Assembly (NCBI GenBank): GCA_965223415.1
Contig: OZ245002.1
Coordinates: 4,544,001-4,608,000 of the forward strand
Length of the DNA: 64,000 nucleotides
Reading direction: 5' to 3'
DNA from: Myxococcota bacterium
GTDB taxonomy: Bacteria > Myxococcota_A > UBA9160 > UBA6930
Made by a program: the position numbers and the translations under genes. The number at the start of each line of letters is the position of its first letter. Within the stretch, counting starts at the first letter, position 1. Below are positions 1 to 9,073 of the stretch, one piece after another. The notes beneath the pieces were generated by a model. It was given only the letters and a program-made list of their open reading frames with translations, was not told the origin of the DNA and made no database searches.

Positions 1-271
1 CCTTGCGCTCCAGCAGCTCGCCCAGGCGTTCGGCGACCGGCGCCAGGGAGAGCTCCGGCTTGCGCTCGCCCTTCGGGCGTCCCAGGTGGGAGACGAGCAC
101 GACCCGGGCGCCACCGGCGAGCAGCCGGCGCAGGCTGCCGGTGGCGGCGCGGATGCGGGTGTCGTCGCCGACCTGCCCGTCGTTCAGGGGGACGTTCAGG
201 TCCGCGCGCACGAGCACGCGCTGGCCCCGCACCCCCTCGGCGAGGAGGTCGTCGAGCGTCTTCGTCGCCAT
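1..271 (-). CDS. pgk: phosphoglycerate kinase, N-terminal part (truncated by window edge)
   Basis: Manual translation from ATG at 271: [29 protein letters not shown]...DDTRIRA...SHLGRPKG, hallmark PGK motifs; directly downstream of gap. Not in ORF track. Confidence 0.95.
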   Translation of the reverse strand, partial: MATKTLDDLLAEGVRGQRVLVRADLNVPLNDGQVGDDTRIRAATGSLRRLLAGGARVVLVSHLGRPKGERKPELSLAPVAERLGELLERK

Positions 272-284
272 GCCGCGCGTGGGC

Positions 285-1283
285 CTAAGCGCGGCCCATG
301 ATCACGGCGAGGTCGGCCACCCGCGTCGCGTAGCCCATCTCGTTGTCGTACCAGGAGAGGATCTTGGCGAAGTTGCCGTCCATCACCTTGGTGCTGGGCG
401 CGTCGAAGATCGACGAGTGCGGGTTGCCGGTGAAGTCGGCGGAGACGAGGGGCTCGTCCATGTACTGGAGGATGCCCTTCATCGGGCCCTCGGCGGCGGC
501 CTGGATGGCGCCGTTGACTGCGGCGTCGTCGGTGGACTTCTTGAGCTGCACCGAGAGATCCACCACCGAGACGTCCGGGGTGGGCACGCGCATGGCATAG
601 CCGTCGAGCTTGCCGTTCAGCTCCGGGAGTACGAGGCCGATGGCGCGGGCGGCGCCGGTCTTGGTCGGGATCATCGAGAGGCCGCCGGCGCGGGCGCGGC
701 GCAGATCGCTGTGGGGCGCGTCCACCAGGCGTTGGTCGGCGGTGTAGGCGTGGATCGTCACCATCAGGCCCCGCTCGATGCCGAACTCGTCGTGCAGCAC
801 CTTGGCCACCGGGCCCAGGCAGTTGGTGGTGCACGAGGCGTTGGACACGATGCGGTGGCTGGCCGGGTCGTAGTCCGAGTCGTTCACGCCGAGCACGACC
901 GTCACGTCCGGGTCGCCGGCCGGCTGGGTGATCAGCACCCGCTCGGCTCCGGCGTCGAGGTGCAGCTGCGCCTTCTCGCGAGCGGAGAAGAGGCCCGTCG
1001 ACTCGATGACAACCTGGGTGCCGAGCTTGCCCCAGGGCAGCTGGGCCGGGTCGCGCTCCGCCGTGATCGGGATGGCCTTGCCGTCGACCACCAGCGTGTC
1101 GCCGTCCGAGGCCACGTCACCGTTGAAGCCGCCGTGGACCGAGTCGTACTTCAGCAGGTGGGCGAGGGTGGCCGCGTCGACCAGGTCGTTGATGCCGACG
1201 ACCTCGATGTCCCTGCCCTGCATGGCGCGAAGGGCCAGCCGGCCGATCCGTCCGAATCCGTTGATGCCCACCTTGACCGTCAT
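285..1283 (-). CDS. gap: type I glyceraldehyde-3-phosphate dehydrogenase
   Basis: [37 protein letters not shown] before ATG 1283. Confidence 0.97.
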   Translation of the reverse strand: MTVKVGINGFGRIGRLALRAMQGRDIEVVGINDLVDAATLAHLLKYDSVHGGFNGDVASDGDTLVVDGKAIPITAERDPAQLPWGKLGTQVVIESTGLFSAREKAQLHLDAGAERVLITQPAGDPDVTVVLGVNDSDYDPASHRIVSNASCTTNCLGPVAKVLHDEFGIERGLMVTIHAYTADQRLVDAPHSDLRRARAGGLSMIPTKTGAARAIGLVLPELNGKLDGYAMRVPTPDVSVVDLSVQLKKSTDDAAVNGAIQAAAEGPMKGILQYMDEPLVSADFTGNPHSSIFDAPSTKVMDGNFAKILSWYDNEMGYATRVADLAVIMGRA

Positions 1284-1534
1284 CGTGTGTCGTCCTCTCT
1301 GGAAATGGGGCCCCGCGGGCGGTGCGGGCGGCCTCCGGGGCGCCGGGTCCGCTGCGGGGGGAAGGGGGCCCGCGGGCCGGGCCCGGGGCGGCCGCAATGT
1401 ACCCGTCCCCCCACGGCCGTTCCAGCGGCAGAGTGCCCCGCTCTCTATCCTGAGGCGCTCGGGGCCGCCGGGCGCCGCAGGGGGAGGGGATGGGCGAGAG
1501 GGGGGCCGGAAGCGCGCCGCGGGGCACCCGCCGG

Positions 1535-3907
1535 ATGGTCGGCGTGGCCGCGGGCCTCCTGCTGCTCGCGGCAGCGGCGGCGTTCTGGCAGGGCGCCCAG
1601 AGCGCCCAGCGGGGGCGGCATCCCCAGCTCGACGGCCAGCGCAGCGTCCCCGGCCTCGAGGCGCCCCTGCGCATCCTGCGGGACCGGGCCGGGATCCCCC
1701 ACGTTCGCGCCGCCGGCGAGGCGGACGCCTGGTTCGGGCTGGGCTTCGTCCACGCCCAGGACCGGCTCGGCCAGATGCTGGCGGCCCGGAGGGCGGCCCG
1801 CGGCCGCAGTGCCGAGGCCCTGGGCCCGGCAGGGTTGGAGGCGGATCGCTGGGCGCGCACCCTGGGCTTCGGCCGGCTCGCGGCGGCGGAGGCGGCGCGC
1901 CTGTCGGCGGACGAGCGTCGGGTCCTCGATGCCTACGCGGCCGGCGTGAACGCGCGCCTCGATCGGGTGCGCCGCGGCCAGCTGGTGGCTCCCCTCGGCG
2001 AGCCCGACCCGGAGGCCCTCGAGCCCTGGTCGCCCGCCGACTCGATCGCGCTCCTGAAGCACCGGGCCTGGACCCTCGGCGCCAGCGTCGAGGAATCGCT
2101 CGTGCTCGACGCCATCATCCGCTCCCTCGGTCCGGCGCTGTCGCGGGTCTTCTTCCCGTCCGGTGCCGGCCAGCGGGGGGCGGAGCGCGCGGCGCCCGAG
2201 CTGCCGTTCGCCTGGCGGCCTTCGGCGGATCCGCTCCGGCGGCGCGCCGGGCACGCGGGGCAGGGCGTCGGCAGCTCCGCCTTCCTCCTCGCCGGCTCGC
2301 GGACCCGGCGCGGCGCTCCCCTGCTTGCCGCCGACGCCCACTACCCGGCGCGCGCGCCCGCGGAGCTGCACCTCGCCGACGTGCGCGGCGGGGACCTCCA
2401 GGTGGCCGGCGCCGCCATGCCGGGCGTGCCGATCTTCTGGAACGGCTTCAGCCCCGATCTGGTGTGGGCGGTGACGCACCTGCCCGCCGTGGTGACCGAC
2501 CTCGCCTGGGAGACCCTCCACGCCGAGCGCGGCGACCGGGTGCTCGACGGCCTGCGCTGGCGGCGAATCGCCGAGCGGGAGGAGGAGATCCGCGTGCGCG
2601 GTGGCCCGTCCCAGCCCCTGGTCGTGCGGGAGACGCCGCGGGGGCCCTTGGTCCACGAGCTGCTCGGGCTTCCGGTGCCGGTCTCCGTGCGCTGGATGGG
2701 CGCCGACACGCACCGCCCGCTGGCCGGCTTCCTCGGAGTCGCGCGTTCGGGTAACCGCGACGCGGCTCGCGAGGCCCTGCGCGATCACGCGGAACCGGTG
2801 GTGGCGGTGGTGCTGGCCGATCGCCAGGGGCGGGGCGGTCTCCAGGTGGCGGGTGCGCTGCCGGACCGCGAGCACCCGAGCGGCATCGTGCCGCTGCCCT
2901 CGACGAACCAGGCCTACGCGTGGAACCGCCCGCTCGATTTCGAGGCGCTCCCCTACCGGACGCTCAGCTCGGTGCGGCCGTGGCTGATCGCCGCCGACGG
3001 GCCGCTCCGTGGTGGCGGCGCCGGGCGCATCGAGCTGCTCTGGCGGGCTGGCGCCCGGGCCGACCGGCTCGCGGAGCTGCTGCGCGGCCTTCGCGGCCAA
3101 CCCCTCGACGAAGACGACCTGGTGATGCTCCACGGGGACGCGCGCTCGGAGGTGGCGGTCGCGCTGGTCCAGCGGGCCCTCGGGCACCTCGGCGAGAGCC
3201 CGCCGAGTAGCCAGGAGGCCCGGGAGCTCGCGTCGCTGCTCGGCCGTTGGAACGGGGACATGGGGGCCGAGCGGGTGGAGGCGGCGGCCTATCACGTGTT
3301 CCTCGGTCGGCTCGCCCGGCGGCTCTTCGAGCCGGAGCTCGGCGCGGAGCTGCTCGAGCGGCTGGTGGCGTTGCGCGGCCTCGACCTGGCCTGGCTCGTC
3401 GGTCGGGCCCTCGACCCGCCGCCGGCGGAGAGCGCCCTCGCGGCGCCCTGGGCCGATCCCGGGCGCGTCGCCGAGGCGGTCGACCGCAGCCTGCGCGAGA
3501 CCTGGATCGAGCTCTCGGTCACCCTCGGGCCCAACCGCGAGAAGTGGGGATGGGGGCGGCTGCATCCGCTGCGCTTCGCGCCGCGCCAGCCGAGCTGGCG
3601 CGCCGACCCGGCCTTCGGCCCGTTTCCCCTGGGCGGCGATGCGACCACCCTCGCGCTCGGCGAGTACCGCCCGCTCCAGTCCTTCGAGACGCGGGTGGTG
3701 GCGGTGCACCGGCTGATCGCCGAGGCGGGGGACCTGGACCAGGCCCTCGTCTTCCTGGTGCCCGGGCAGACCGAGCAGGCCGGCCACCGCTGGCGGGCCG
3801 ACGGCATCGGGCGCTGGCTGCGGGGGCGTCCGACCCTGCTCTCGACCCGCGACCCGGTGATCGCCGACACCCAGGTGGCGGAGCTGCGGCTCGAGCCCGC
3901 ACCCTGA
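1535..3907 (+). CDS. penicillin acylase / Ntn-hydrolase family protein with atypical catalytic motifs
   Basis: N-terminal hydrophobic segment, RDRAGIPHV, GLGFVHAQDRLGQM, GVG-SSAF at the autoproteolysis site, ETPRGP, WGWGRLH, PGQ near C-terminus. Start 1490 or 1535. Confidence 0.85.
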   Translation: MVGVAAGLLLLAAAAAFWQGAQSAQRGRHPQLDGQRSVPGLEAPLRILRDRAGIPHVRAAGEADAWFGLGFVHAQDRLGQMLAARRAARGRSAEALGPAGLEADRWARTLGFGRLAAAEAARLSADERRVLDAYAAGVNARLDRVRRGQLVAPLGEPDPEALEPWSPADSIALLKHRAWTLGASVEESLVLDAIIRSLGPALSRVFFPSGAGQRGAERAAPELPFAWRPSADPLRRRAGHAGQGVGSSAFLLAGSRTRRGAPLLAADAHYPARAPAELHLADVRGGDLQVAGAAMPGVPIFWNGFSPDLVWAVTHLPAVVTDLAWETLHAERGDRVLDGLRWRRIAEREEEIRVRGGPSQPLVVRETPRGPLVHELLGLPVPVSVRWMGADTHRPLAGFLGVARSGNRDAAREALRDHAEPVVAVVLADRQGRGGLQVAGALPDREHPSGIVPLPSTNQAYAWNRPLDFEALPYRTLSSVRPWLIAADGPLRGGGAGRIELLWRAGARADRLAELLRGLRGQPLDEDDLVMLHGDARSEVAVALVQRALGHLGESPPSSQEARELASLLGRWNGDMGAERVEAAAYHVFLGRLARRLFEPELGAELLERLVALRGLDLAWLVGRALDPPPAESALAAPWADPGRVAEAVDRSLRETWIELSVTLGPNREKWGWGRLHPLRFAPRQPSWRADPAFGPFPLGGDATTLALGEYRPLQSFETRVVAVHRLIAEAGDLDQALVFLVPGQTEQAGHRWRADGIGRWLRGRPTLLSTRDPVIADTQVAELRLEPAP

Positions 3908-3911
3908 CGGC

Positions 3912-4961
3912 GTGTTGCTCTACGCCGTCGTTCCGGGTTTCTACGCCGAGGCCGAGCGCGCCCTCCACCCGGGGCTCCGGGACCGGCCGGTGGTGGTGGG
4001 CGGGGACCCGCGCAAGCGCGGCCTGGTGCAGGCGGCGACGCCCGATGCGCTCGCCGCCGGCGTGGTCGTGGGCATGCCGATGATCGAGGCCCTCACGCTC
4101 TGCCCCCACGCCCGGGCGCTGCGCACCCACATGCGCGAGTACCGGGAGGTGAGCAAGCGGCTCCAGGCGTTCTTCCGCCGGGAGACCGAGCGGGTCGAGG
4201 CCGCCGGGTTGGAGGCGGCTTTCCTCGACCTGGGCGGCTCGGACGAGCCGGTGCTCGAGATGGCCGCCCGGCTTCGGGGCGAGGTGGGCCGGGAGCTGCA
4301 GCTCCCCCTGCGCGTGGGCGCTGCACCCATCAAGTTCGTCGCGAAGCTTGCGGCGGAAGAGGCCGGAGAGGAAGGGGTTCTCTGGATTCCCACTGGGCAG
4401 GTGCGAAGCTTCCTCGACCCGCTGGCGGTGACCCGGTTGCCCGGCGTCGGGCCGCGCACCGCCGAGCGGCTCGAGGCCGGCGGGGTCCGGACCGTGGGGG
4501 AGCTGCGGGTGCTCTCGGAGGACGAGGTGGAGGCACGCCTCGGCAACCACGGCCTCGGCATCCTTGCCCTGGCCCAGGGGCGGGACGTGGCGCGCCTGCG
4601 CGCGGCGCCGCACCCGCGAAGCGTGAGCCAGGAGTCGACCCTGGAGGCGCCGGAGGTCGATCGGGGCGTGCTCGAAGAGCGCCTCGCCGGCCTGGCGGCG
4701 GATCTCGAGCGCAGCCTGGGCCTCGAGCAGCTCGCCGCGAAGCGCGTCGTCCTCAAGCTCCGCTACGACGACGGCGAGGCGACCACCCGCAGCCGCACCC
4801 TGCCGCGCCCCCTCTCGAGCGCTGCTGCCATCGCCGAGCTGGCCTCCGAGCTCCTGGGCCGCGCCCAGACCGGCCGGCCCGTGAAGCGCCTCGGCATCGC
4901 CGTCAGCGGCATCGTCCGCATCCGCCGAGACGACCGCCAGCTCGAGCTCTTCGAAGAATGA
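3912..4961 (+). CDS. DinB/Y-family polymerase homolog, predicted catalytically inactive
   Basis: Collinear with DinB (FYA..E..HP.LRDRPVVVGG..RG, GMP...A..LCP, AKLA, LPGVG, RSVSQE.T) but catalytic acidic motifs replaced; ends in QLELF clamp motif. Confidence 0.85.
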   Translation: MLLYAVVPGFYAEAERALHPGLRDRPVVVGGDPRKRGLVQAATPDALAAGVVVGMPMIEALTLCPHARALRTHMREYREVSKRLQAFFRRETERVEAAGLEAAFLDLGGSDEPVLEMAARLRGEVGRELQLPLRVGAAPIKFVAKLAAEEAGEEGVLWIPTGQVRSFLDPLAVTRLPGVGPRTAERLEAGGVRTVGELRVLSEDEVEARLGNHGLGILALAQGRDVARLRAAPHPRSVSQESTLEAPEVDRGVLEERLAGLAADLERSLGLEQLAAKRVVLKLRYDDGEATTRSRTLPRPLSSAAAIAELASELLGRAQTGRPVKRLGIAVSGIVRIRRDDRQLELFEE

Positions 4962-4962
4962 A

Positions 4963-5023
4963 GAAGCGGGGCCAGAGTTGAGGATTCAGTTGAAGACTGA
5001 ATTCCAAGCTCTGGTCCCGTTTC
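4963..5023. terminator. long imperfect hairpin between convergent genes, possible bidirectional terminator
   Basis: GAAGCGGGGCCAGAG pairs with CTCTGGTCCCGTTTC (2 G-U); inner ATTCAGT/ACTGAAT perfect. Confidence 0.5.
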
Positions 5024-5028
5024 CTGAT

Positions 5029-5364
5029 CTAGACCGAGGGCAGGACCTCGGCGGTCTCTTCGATGGCGCGCAGGGCGTCGGCGTCGATATCGCGGAACTC
5101 GAGGCCGATGTCGAGGGTGATCGGGTCGGTCTCGGTGGCCCAGACCACCTCGCCGACCGCCACGACCGACCGGTCGCCGACGTTGAAGGTCACGCGGATG
5201 GTGTCGCCCAGGTCCAGCTCGCAGCCGACGCACTCGAAGCGAATGCCGCCCGGTGAGACGTCCCTGCTGATCGCGAGCTGGTCGTTCGCGTCGACGATGG
5301 CGAAGGAAATCACCTGGTCCGTGGCGATGCGGGGGAACTTCCGGCGGTCCGACCCTTTCTCCAT
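5029..5364 (-). CDS. PilZ-domain protein (c-di-GMP binding)
   Basis: RRKFPR (RxxxR) and DVSPGG (DxSxxG); GEVVW, GLEF. Confidence 0.9.
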   Translation of the reverse strand: MEKGSDRRKFPRIATDQVISFAIVDANDQLAISRDVSPGGIRFECVGCELDLGDTIRVTFNVGDRSVVAVGEVVWATETDPITLDIGLEFRDIDADALRAIEETAEVLPSV

Positions 5365-5470
5365 GACGGGCTGTTCGGCGCGCGGAGGGCGCCGCTTGAG
5401 GCGCCCGAACGCAGTTTGACCCCCCGGGGGCTTGCCCGGGCCGTCGGCCGATGCGACGGTTCAGGCCCCG

Positions 5471-6697
5471 ATGGCCGACTTCCACCAGACCGGCGTGATC
5501 AGCACCCTGCACCGGCTCGGTCGCGCCGACCTGGCGCGGCTCGAGCGCGAGCTCGCCAGCCACGGCCGCGACCGGCCCGTTGCCCTGGTGCTCCCCTGCC
5601 TCCACTCGGAGCTCCAGGATGTGGCCCTGAAGGGCATCATCGATCAGCTCCGCCGGGTCGACTACCTGGAGCAGGTGATCGTGAGCGTCGCCGGAACCCG
5701 CGATCGCCAGGACTACGAGGAGATGCGCGAGGCCTTCGAGGGCGTGCGCACTCGGAACGGAGAGCCCGCCACCCTACTGTGGAACGACGGCCCCCGCATC
5801 CAGGAGCTCTACCAGGCGCTCGGCGAGGAAGGCCTCGACGCCGGACCGCCCGGCAAGGGCCAGGGCGTGTGGCTGGCCTTCGGCTACGTGCTCGCCACCG
5901 GCCGCGCCCGGGTGATCGCGCTCCACGACTGCGACATCCGCGACTACGACCGGGAGCTGCTGGCCCGCCTGTGCTTTCCCATCGCCAACTCGAACATGAA
6001 CTACGAGTTCGTGAAGGGCTACTACGCCCGGGTCACCGACCGCCTCTATGGCCGGGTGACGCGGCTCTTCATGACGCCCTTCCTGCGCGCCATGCGGTCC
6101 GTGCTCGGCCCGAACCCGCTGCTCGAGTTCCTCGACTCGTTCCGCTTTCCCCTCGCCGGCGAGTGCGCGATGACGACGGACCTGGCCCGCTCCATCCGCA
6201 TCCCCAGCGATTGGGGCCTCGAGGTGGGCGTGCTGGCCGAGGTCTACCGCAACTGCTCCCTCAAGCGGATCTGCCAGGTCGAGCTGACCGAGAACTACGA
6301 CCACAAGCACCGGGAGCTCGAGGCCCAGGGCGAGGACGCGGGCCTGCACCGCATGGTGACCGACATCGGCACTTCGCTGATCCGCAATCTGGCGAGCTAC
6401 GGCATCGAGTTCGACGCCGGCTTCCTGAACACGCTCTCCGCCGCCTACGTGCGCATGGCCCAGGACGCCGTGGCCCGCTACTCGGACGACGCGGCCCTGA
6501 ACGGCCTGGCCTTCGATCGCCACGAGGAGGAGGTGGCCGTCGAGACCTTCTCCAGCGCCCTGCGCGGAGCGGGCCTCGGCTTCGTGCGGGATCCCCTGGG
6601 TGCCCCCCAGATCCCCAACTGGAACCGGGTCACCTCGGCGGTTCCAGAGATCCTCGAGCTCCTCCCCAAGGCGGCGTTGGCGGACAGCCAGGGCTAG
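5471..6697 (+). CDS. glucosyl-3-phosphoglycerate synthase-like glycosyltransferase
   Basis: MADFHQTGVISTLH N-terminus, PGKGQGVW, HDCDI (DxD), FVKGYY, LYGRVTRL, FPLAGE, DWGLEVG, YDHKH. Confidence 0.75.
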   Translation: MADFHQTGVISTLHRLGRADLARLERELASHGRDRPVALVLPCLHSELQDVALKGIIDQLRRVDYLEQVIVSVAGTRDRQDYEEMREAFEGVRTRNGEPATLLWNDGPRIQELYQALGEEGLDAGPPGKGQGVWLAFGYVLATGRARVIALHDCDIRDYDRELLARLCFPIANSNMNYEFVKGYYARVTDRLYGRVTRLFMTPFLRAMRSVLGPNPLLEFLDSFRFPLAGECAMTTDLARSIRIPSDWGLEVGVLAEVYRNCSLKRICQVELTENYDHKHRELEAQGEDAGLHRMVTDIGTSLIRNLASYGIEFDAGFLNTLSAAYVRMAQDAVARYSDDAALNGLAFDRHEEEVAVETFSSALRGAGLGFVRDPLGAPQIPNWNRVTSAVPEILELLPKAALADSQG

Positions 6698-6800
6698 ATG
6701 CCTCCGGGAGGCGGACAGCCAGGGCTAGACGCCTCCGGGAGGCGGCCGGCCAGGGCTGAGACCCCCTGGGACCCGCTCAGGCGGACAGCCAAGGCTGAGA
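6679..6800 (+). repeat. 31-bp tandem repeat, 2 near-perfect plus 2 degenerate copies
   Basis: GGCGGACAGCCAGGGCTAGA(T/C)GCCTCCGGGA at 6679 and 6710; partial copies at 6741 and 6780. Confidence 0.85.
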
Positions 6801-6853
6801 TTGCTATCGAAACACCCAGCGCGACCGGAGCGATGGTCGGGGGAGGCGCGTGC

Positions 6854-7669
6854 ATGCGGATCGGTGAGATCCCCCTGGGGGGTGGGGCGCCGCTGGTCCT
6901 GATCGCAGGGCTGAACGTCATCGAGACCGAGTCCGCGGCCCTGGCGGCGGCCTCCCGGCTCGCCGCTCTGGCCGAGCGCCACGACTTCCCGATGGTGTTC
7001 AAGGCCTCGGTGGACAAGGCCAACCGCTCGAGCCTGCGCTCCTACCGCGGGCCGGGCTTCGACGAGGGCCTGCGCGTGCTCTCGCGGGTGAAGACCGAGA
7101 CCGGCCTGCCGCTCACCACCGACGTCCACGAGCCCGGCCAGGCCAAGCCCGCCTCGGAGGTGGTCGATTGCCTCCAGATTCCGGCGTTCCTGTGCCGCCA
7201 GACCGACCTGGTGGCGGCCTGCGCCGCCACCGGCAAGCCGGTCAACCTGAAGAAGGGCCAGTTCCTGGCACCCGAAGACCTGCGGCTCGCCGTCGAGAAG
7301 GTCGACGCCAACGGCTCCGGCGGCGCCTTCGTCACCGAGCGCGGCGCGGCTTTCGGCTACCACGACCTGGTGGTCGACATGAAGGGCCTGGTGGCGATCC
7401 GCGAGTACGCGCCGGTCTGCTACGACGCCACTCACTCGGTGCAGCGCCCGGGCGCCGGCCCCGAGGCGAGCGGCGGCGATCGCACCATGGTGCTGCCCCT
7501 GGCACGGGCGGCCGTGGCGGTCGGTATCGACGCGCTGTTCGTGGAGGTGCATCCGGAGCCGGACAGCGCGCCCTGCGACGGGCCGAGCCAGATCGACTTC
7601 GGGACGTTCGAGCGCCTGCTCGTCGAAGCGCGGGCGATCGACACGGCGCTGGCGGCGACCCGCAGCTAG
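6854..7669 (+). CDS. kdsA: KDO 8-phosphate synthase
   Basis: FKASVDKANRSS, LQIPAFLCRQTDL, NLKKGQFLAP, TERG, DATHSVQ, FVEVHP..A.CDG; GGAGG RBS. Confidence 0.95.
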   Translation: MRIGEIPLGGGAPLVLIAGLNVIETESAALAAASRLAALAERHDFPMVFKASVDKANRSSLRSYRGPGFDEGLRVLSRVKTETGLPLTTDVHEPGQAKPASEVVDCLQIPAFLCRQTDLVAACAATGKPVNLKKGQFLAPEDLRLAVEKVDANGSGGAFVTERGAAFGYHDLVVDMKGLVAIREYAPVCYDATHSVQRPGAGPEASGGDRTMVLPLARAAVAVGIDALFVEVHPEPDSAPCDGPSQIDFGTFERLLVEARAIDTALAATRS

Positions 7670-7678
7670 GGGGCGCGC

Positions 7679-9073
7679 GTGCTGCACCGCTACAGCGAGG
7701 TGTTCCGCGGCCTGCTGATGGTCTCGGATCTCTCCCTCGTCGCGGCGTCCTGGGGGGCGGCCTACTGGCTGCGGTTCCACGCGGGCTATCCCGTGGCGGA
7801 AGGCTGGAACCCCCAGGAGTACGCGATCGCCCTGGCGGGCATCCTGCCGGTGGCGTTCTTCACGCTGCGCGGCCGCGGGCTCTACGAGCCTCGGCGGACG
7901 GGCTCGCTGCTGCGCGAGATCGCGGCGGTGATCGGCGGCATGAGCGTCGTGCTCGTGGTGGTCCTGGCGGCGGACGCGATCTCCCGGACGTTCCTGTCGC
8001 GGCTCGTGATCGTCGGCTTCTGGGGGCTGTCGATCGTCTCGATCACGAGCGGTCGGCTCCTCGGCCGCGGCGTGCTACGGCACCTGCGCCGCAAGGGCTA
8101 CAACCTGCGCTACGTGCTGATCGTCGGCGCCGGGCGGCTCGCCCAGGAGACGATCGAGTCGATCCACGGGCATCCCGAGGCGGGCCTGCGGGTGATCGGC
8201 GCGCTCTCGGACGATCCGGGTCAGCAGGGCCGCACGATCCAGGGCGTTCGCGTGCTGGGCCCCTACGCGAGCGTCGCCTCCGTGCTCGCCGAGCGGACCG
8301 TCGACCAGGTGGTGATCGCGCTGCCGCGGGAGGACGGCGACCAGCTCGAGAAGATCCTGGCGGAGCTCGACGAGGAGCTCGTGACGGTGCGGCTCATCCC
8401 GGACCTGCTGCACGTGATGACCCTGCGCTCCTCGGTCGAGGACCTCGACGGCCTGCCGGTGATCAATCTGCGCGAGGGGCCGCTGGTCGGCTGGGCGGCG
8501 CTCCAGAAGCGGGTCTTCGACGTGGTGGTGAGCGGGCTCGTGCTGCTGGCCGCCAGCCCGGTGCTGGCGCTGATCGCCCTGGGCGTGTGGGCGGGGGCCG
8601 GGCGGCCGATCTTCTATCCCCAGGAGCGCATGGGGCTGGACGGGCGCCTCTTCCGCATGTGGAAGTTCCGGAGCATGCGCCGGGGTTCGGAGCAGGCCAC
8701 CGGCGCCGTCTGGACCGCCGAGAACGATCCCCGGGTGACGCCCTTCGGCGCCCTGCTGCGCAAGACCAGCCTCGACGAGCTCCCCCAGCTGTGGAACGTG
8801 CTGCGCGGTGACATGAGCCTGGTCGGCCCGCGCCCGGAGCGCCCCGTCTTCATCGAGCAGTTCAAGAGCGAGATCCCGGGCTACATGCTGCGCCACAAGG
8901 TGAAGGCGGGCATGACCGGCTGGGCCCAGATCCACGGCTGGCGCGGCAATACCTCGCTCCACGAGCGCGTCGAGCACGACATCTACTACATCCAGAACTG
9001 GTCCCTGGCCCTCGACCTGCGCATCCTCGCCATGACCTTCTGGCGAGGCTTCGTCCACCGCAACGCCTACTGA
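7679..9073 (+). CDS. undecaprenyl-phosphate glucose phosphotransferase (WcaJ-type priming GT)
   Basis: TM N-terminus, KRVFD, KFRSM, DPRVT, SLDELPQLWNVLRGDMSLVGPRPE, GMTGWAQIHG. Confidence 0.93.
   Translation: MLHRYSEVFRGLLMVSDLSLVAASWGAAYWLRFHAGYPVAEGWNPQEYAIALAGILPVAFFTLRGRGLYEPRRTGSLLREIAAVIGGMSVVLVVVLAADAISRTFLSRLVIVGFWGLSIVSITSGRLLGRGVLRHLRRKGYNLRYVLIVGAGRLAQETIESIHGHPEAGLRVIGALSDDPGQQGRTIQGVRVLGPYASVASVLAERTVDQVVIALPREDGDQLEKILAELDEELVTVRLIPDLLHVMTLRSSVEDLDGLPVINLREGPLVGWAALQKRVFDVVVSGLVLLAASPVLALIALGVWAGAGRPIFYPQERMGLDGRLFRMWKFRSMRRGSEQATGAVWTAENDPRVTPFGALLRKTSLDELPQLWNVLRGDMSLVGPRPERPVFIEQFKSEIPGYMLRHKVKAGMTGWAQIHGWRGNTSLHERVEHDIYYIQNWSLALDLRILAMTFWRGFVHRNAY

Noticed and set aside
3912..4961. 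Annotation as active DNA polymerase IV or as a pseudogene
   Set aside because: Catalytic carboxylates are missing, yet the ORF is full-length and uninterrupted with the clamp motif kept.
6679..6800. Possible CRISPR array
   Set aside because: Units are head-to-tail with no unique spacers, and no cas genes are present.
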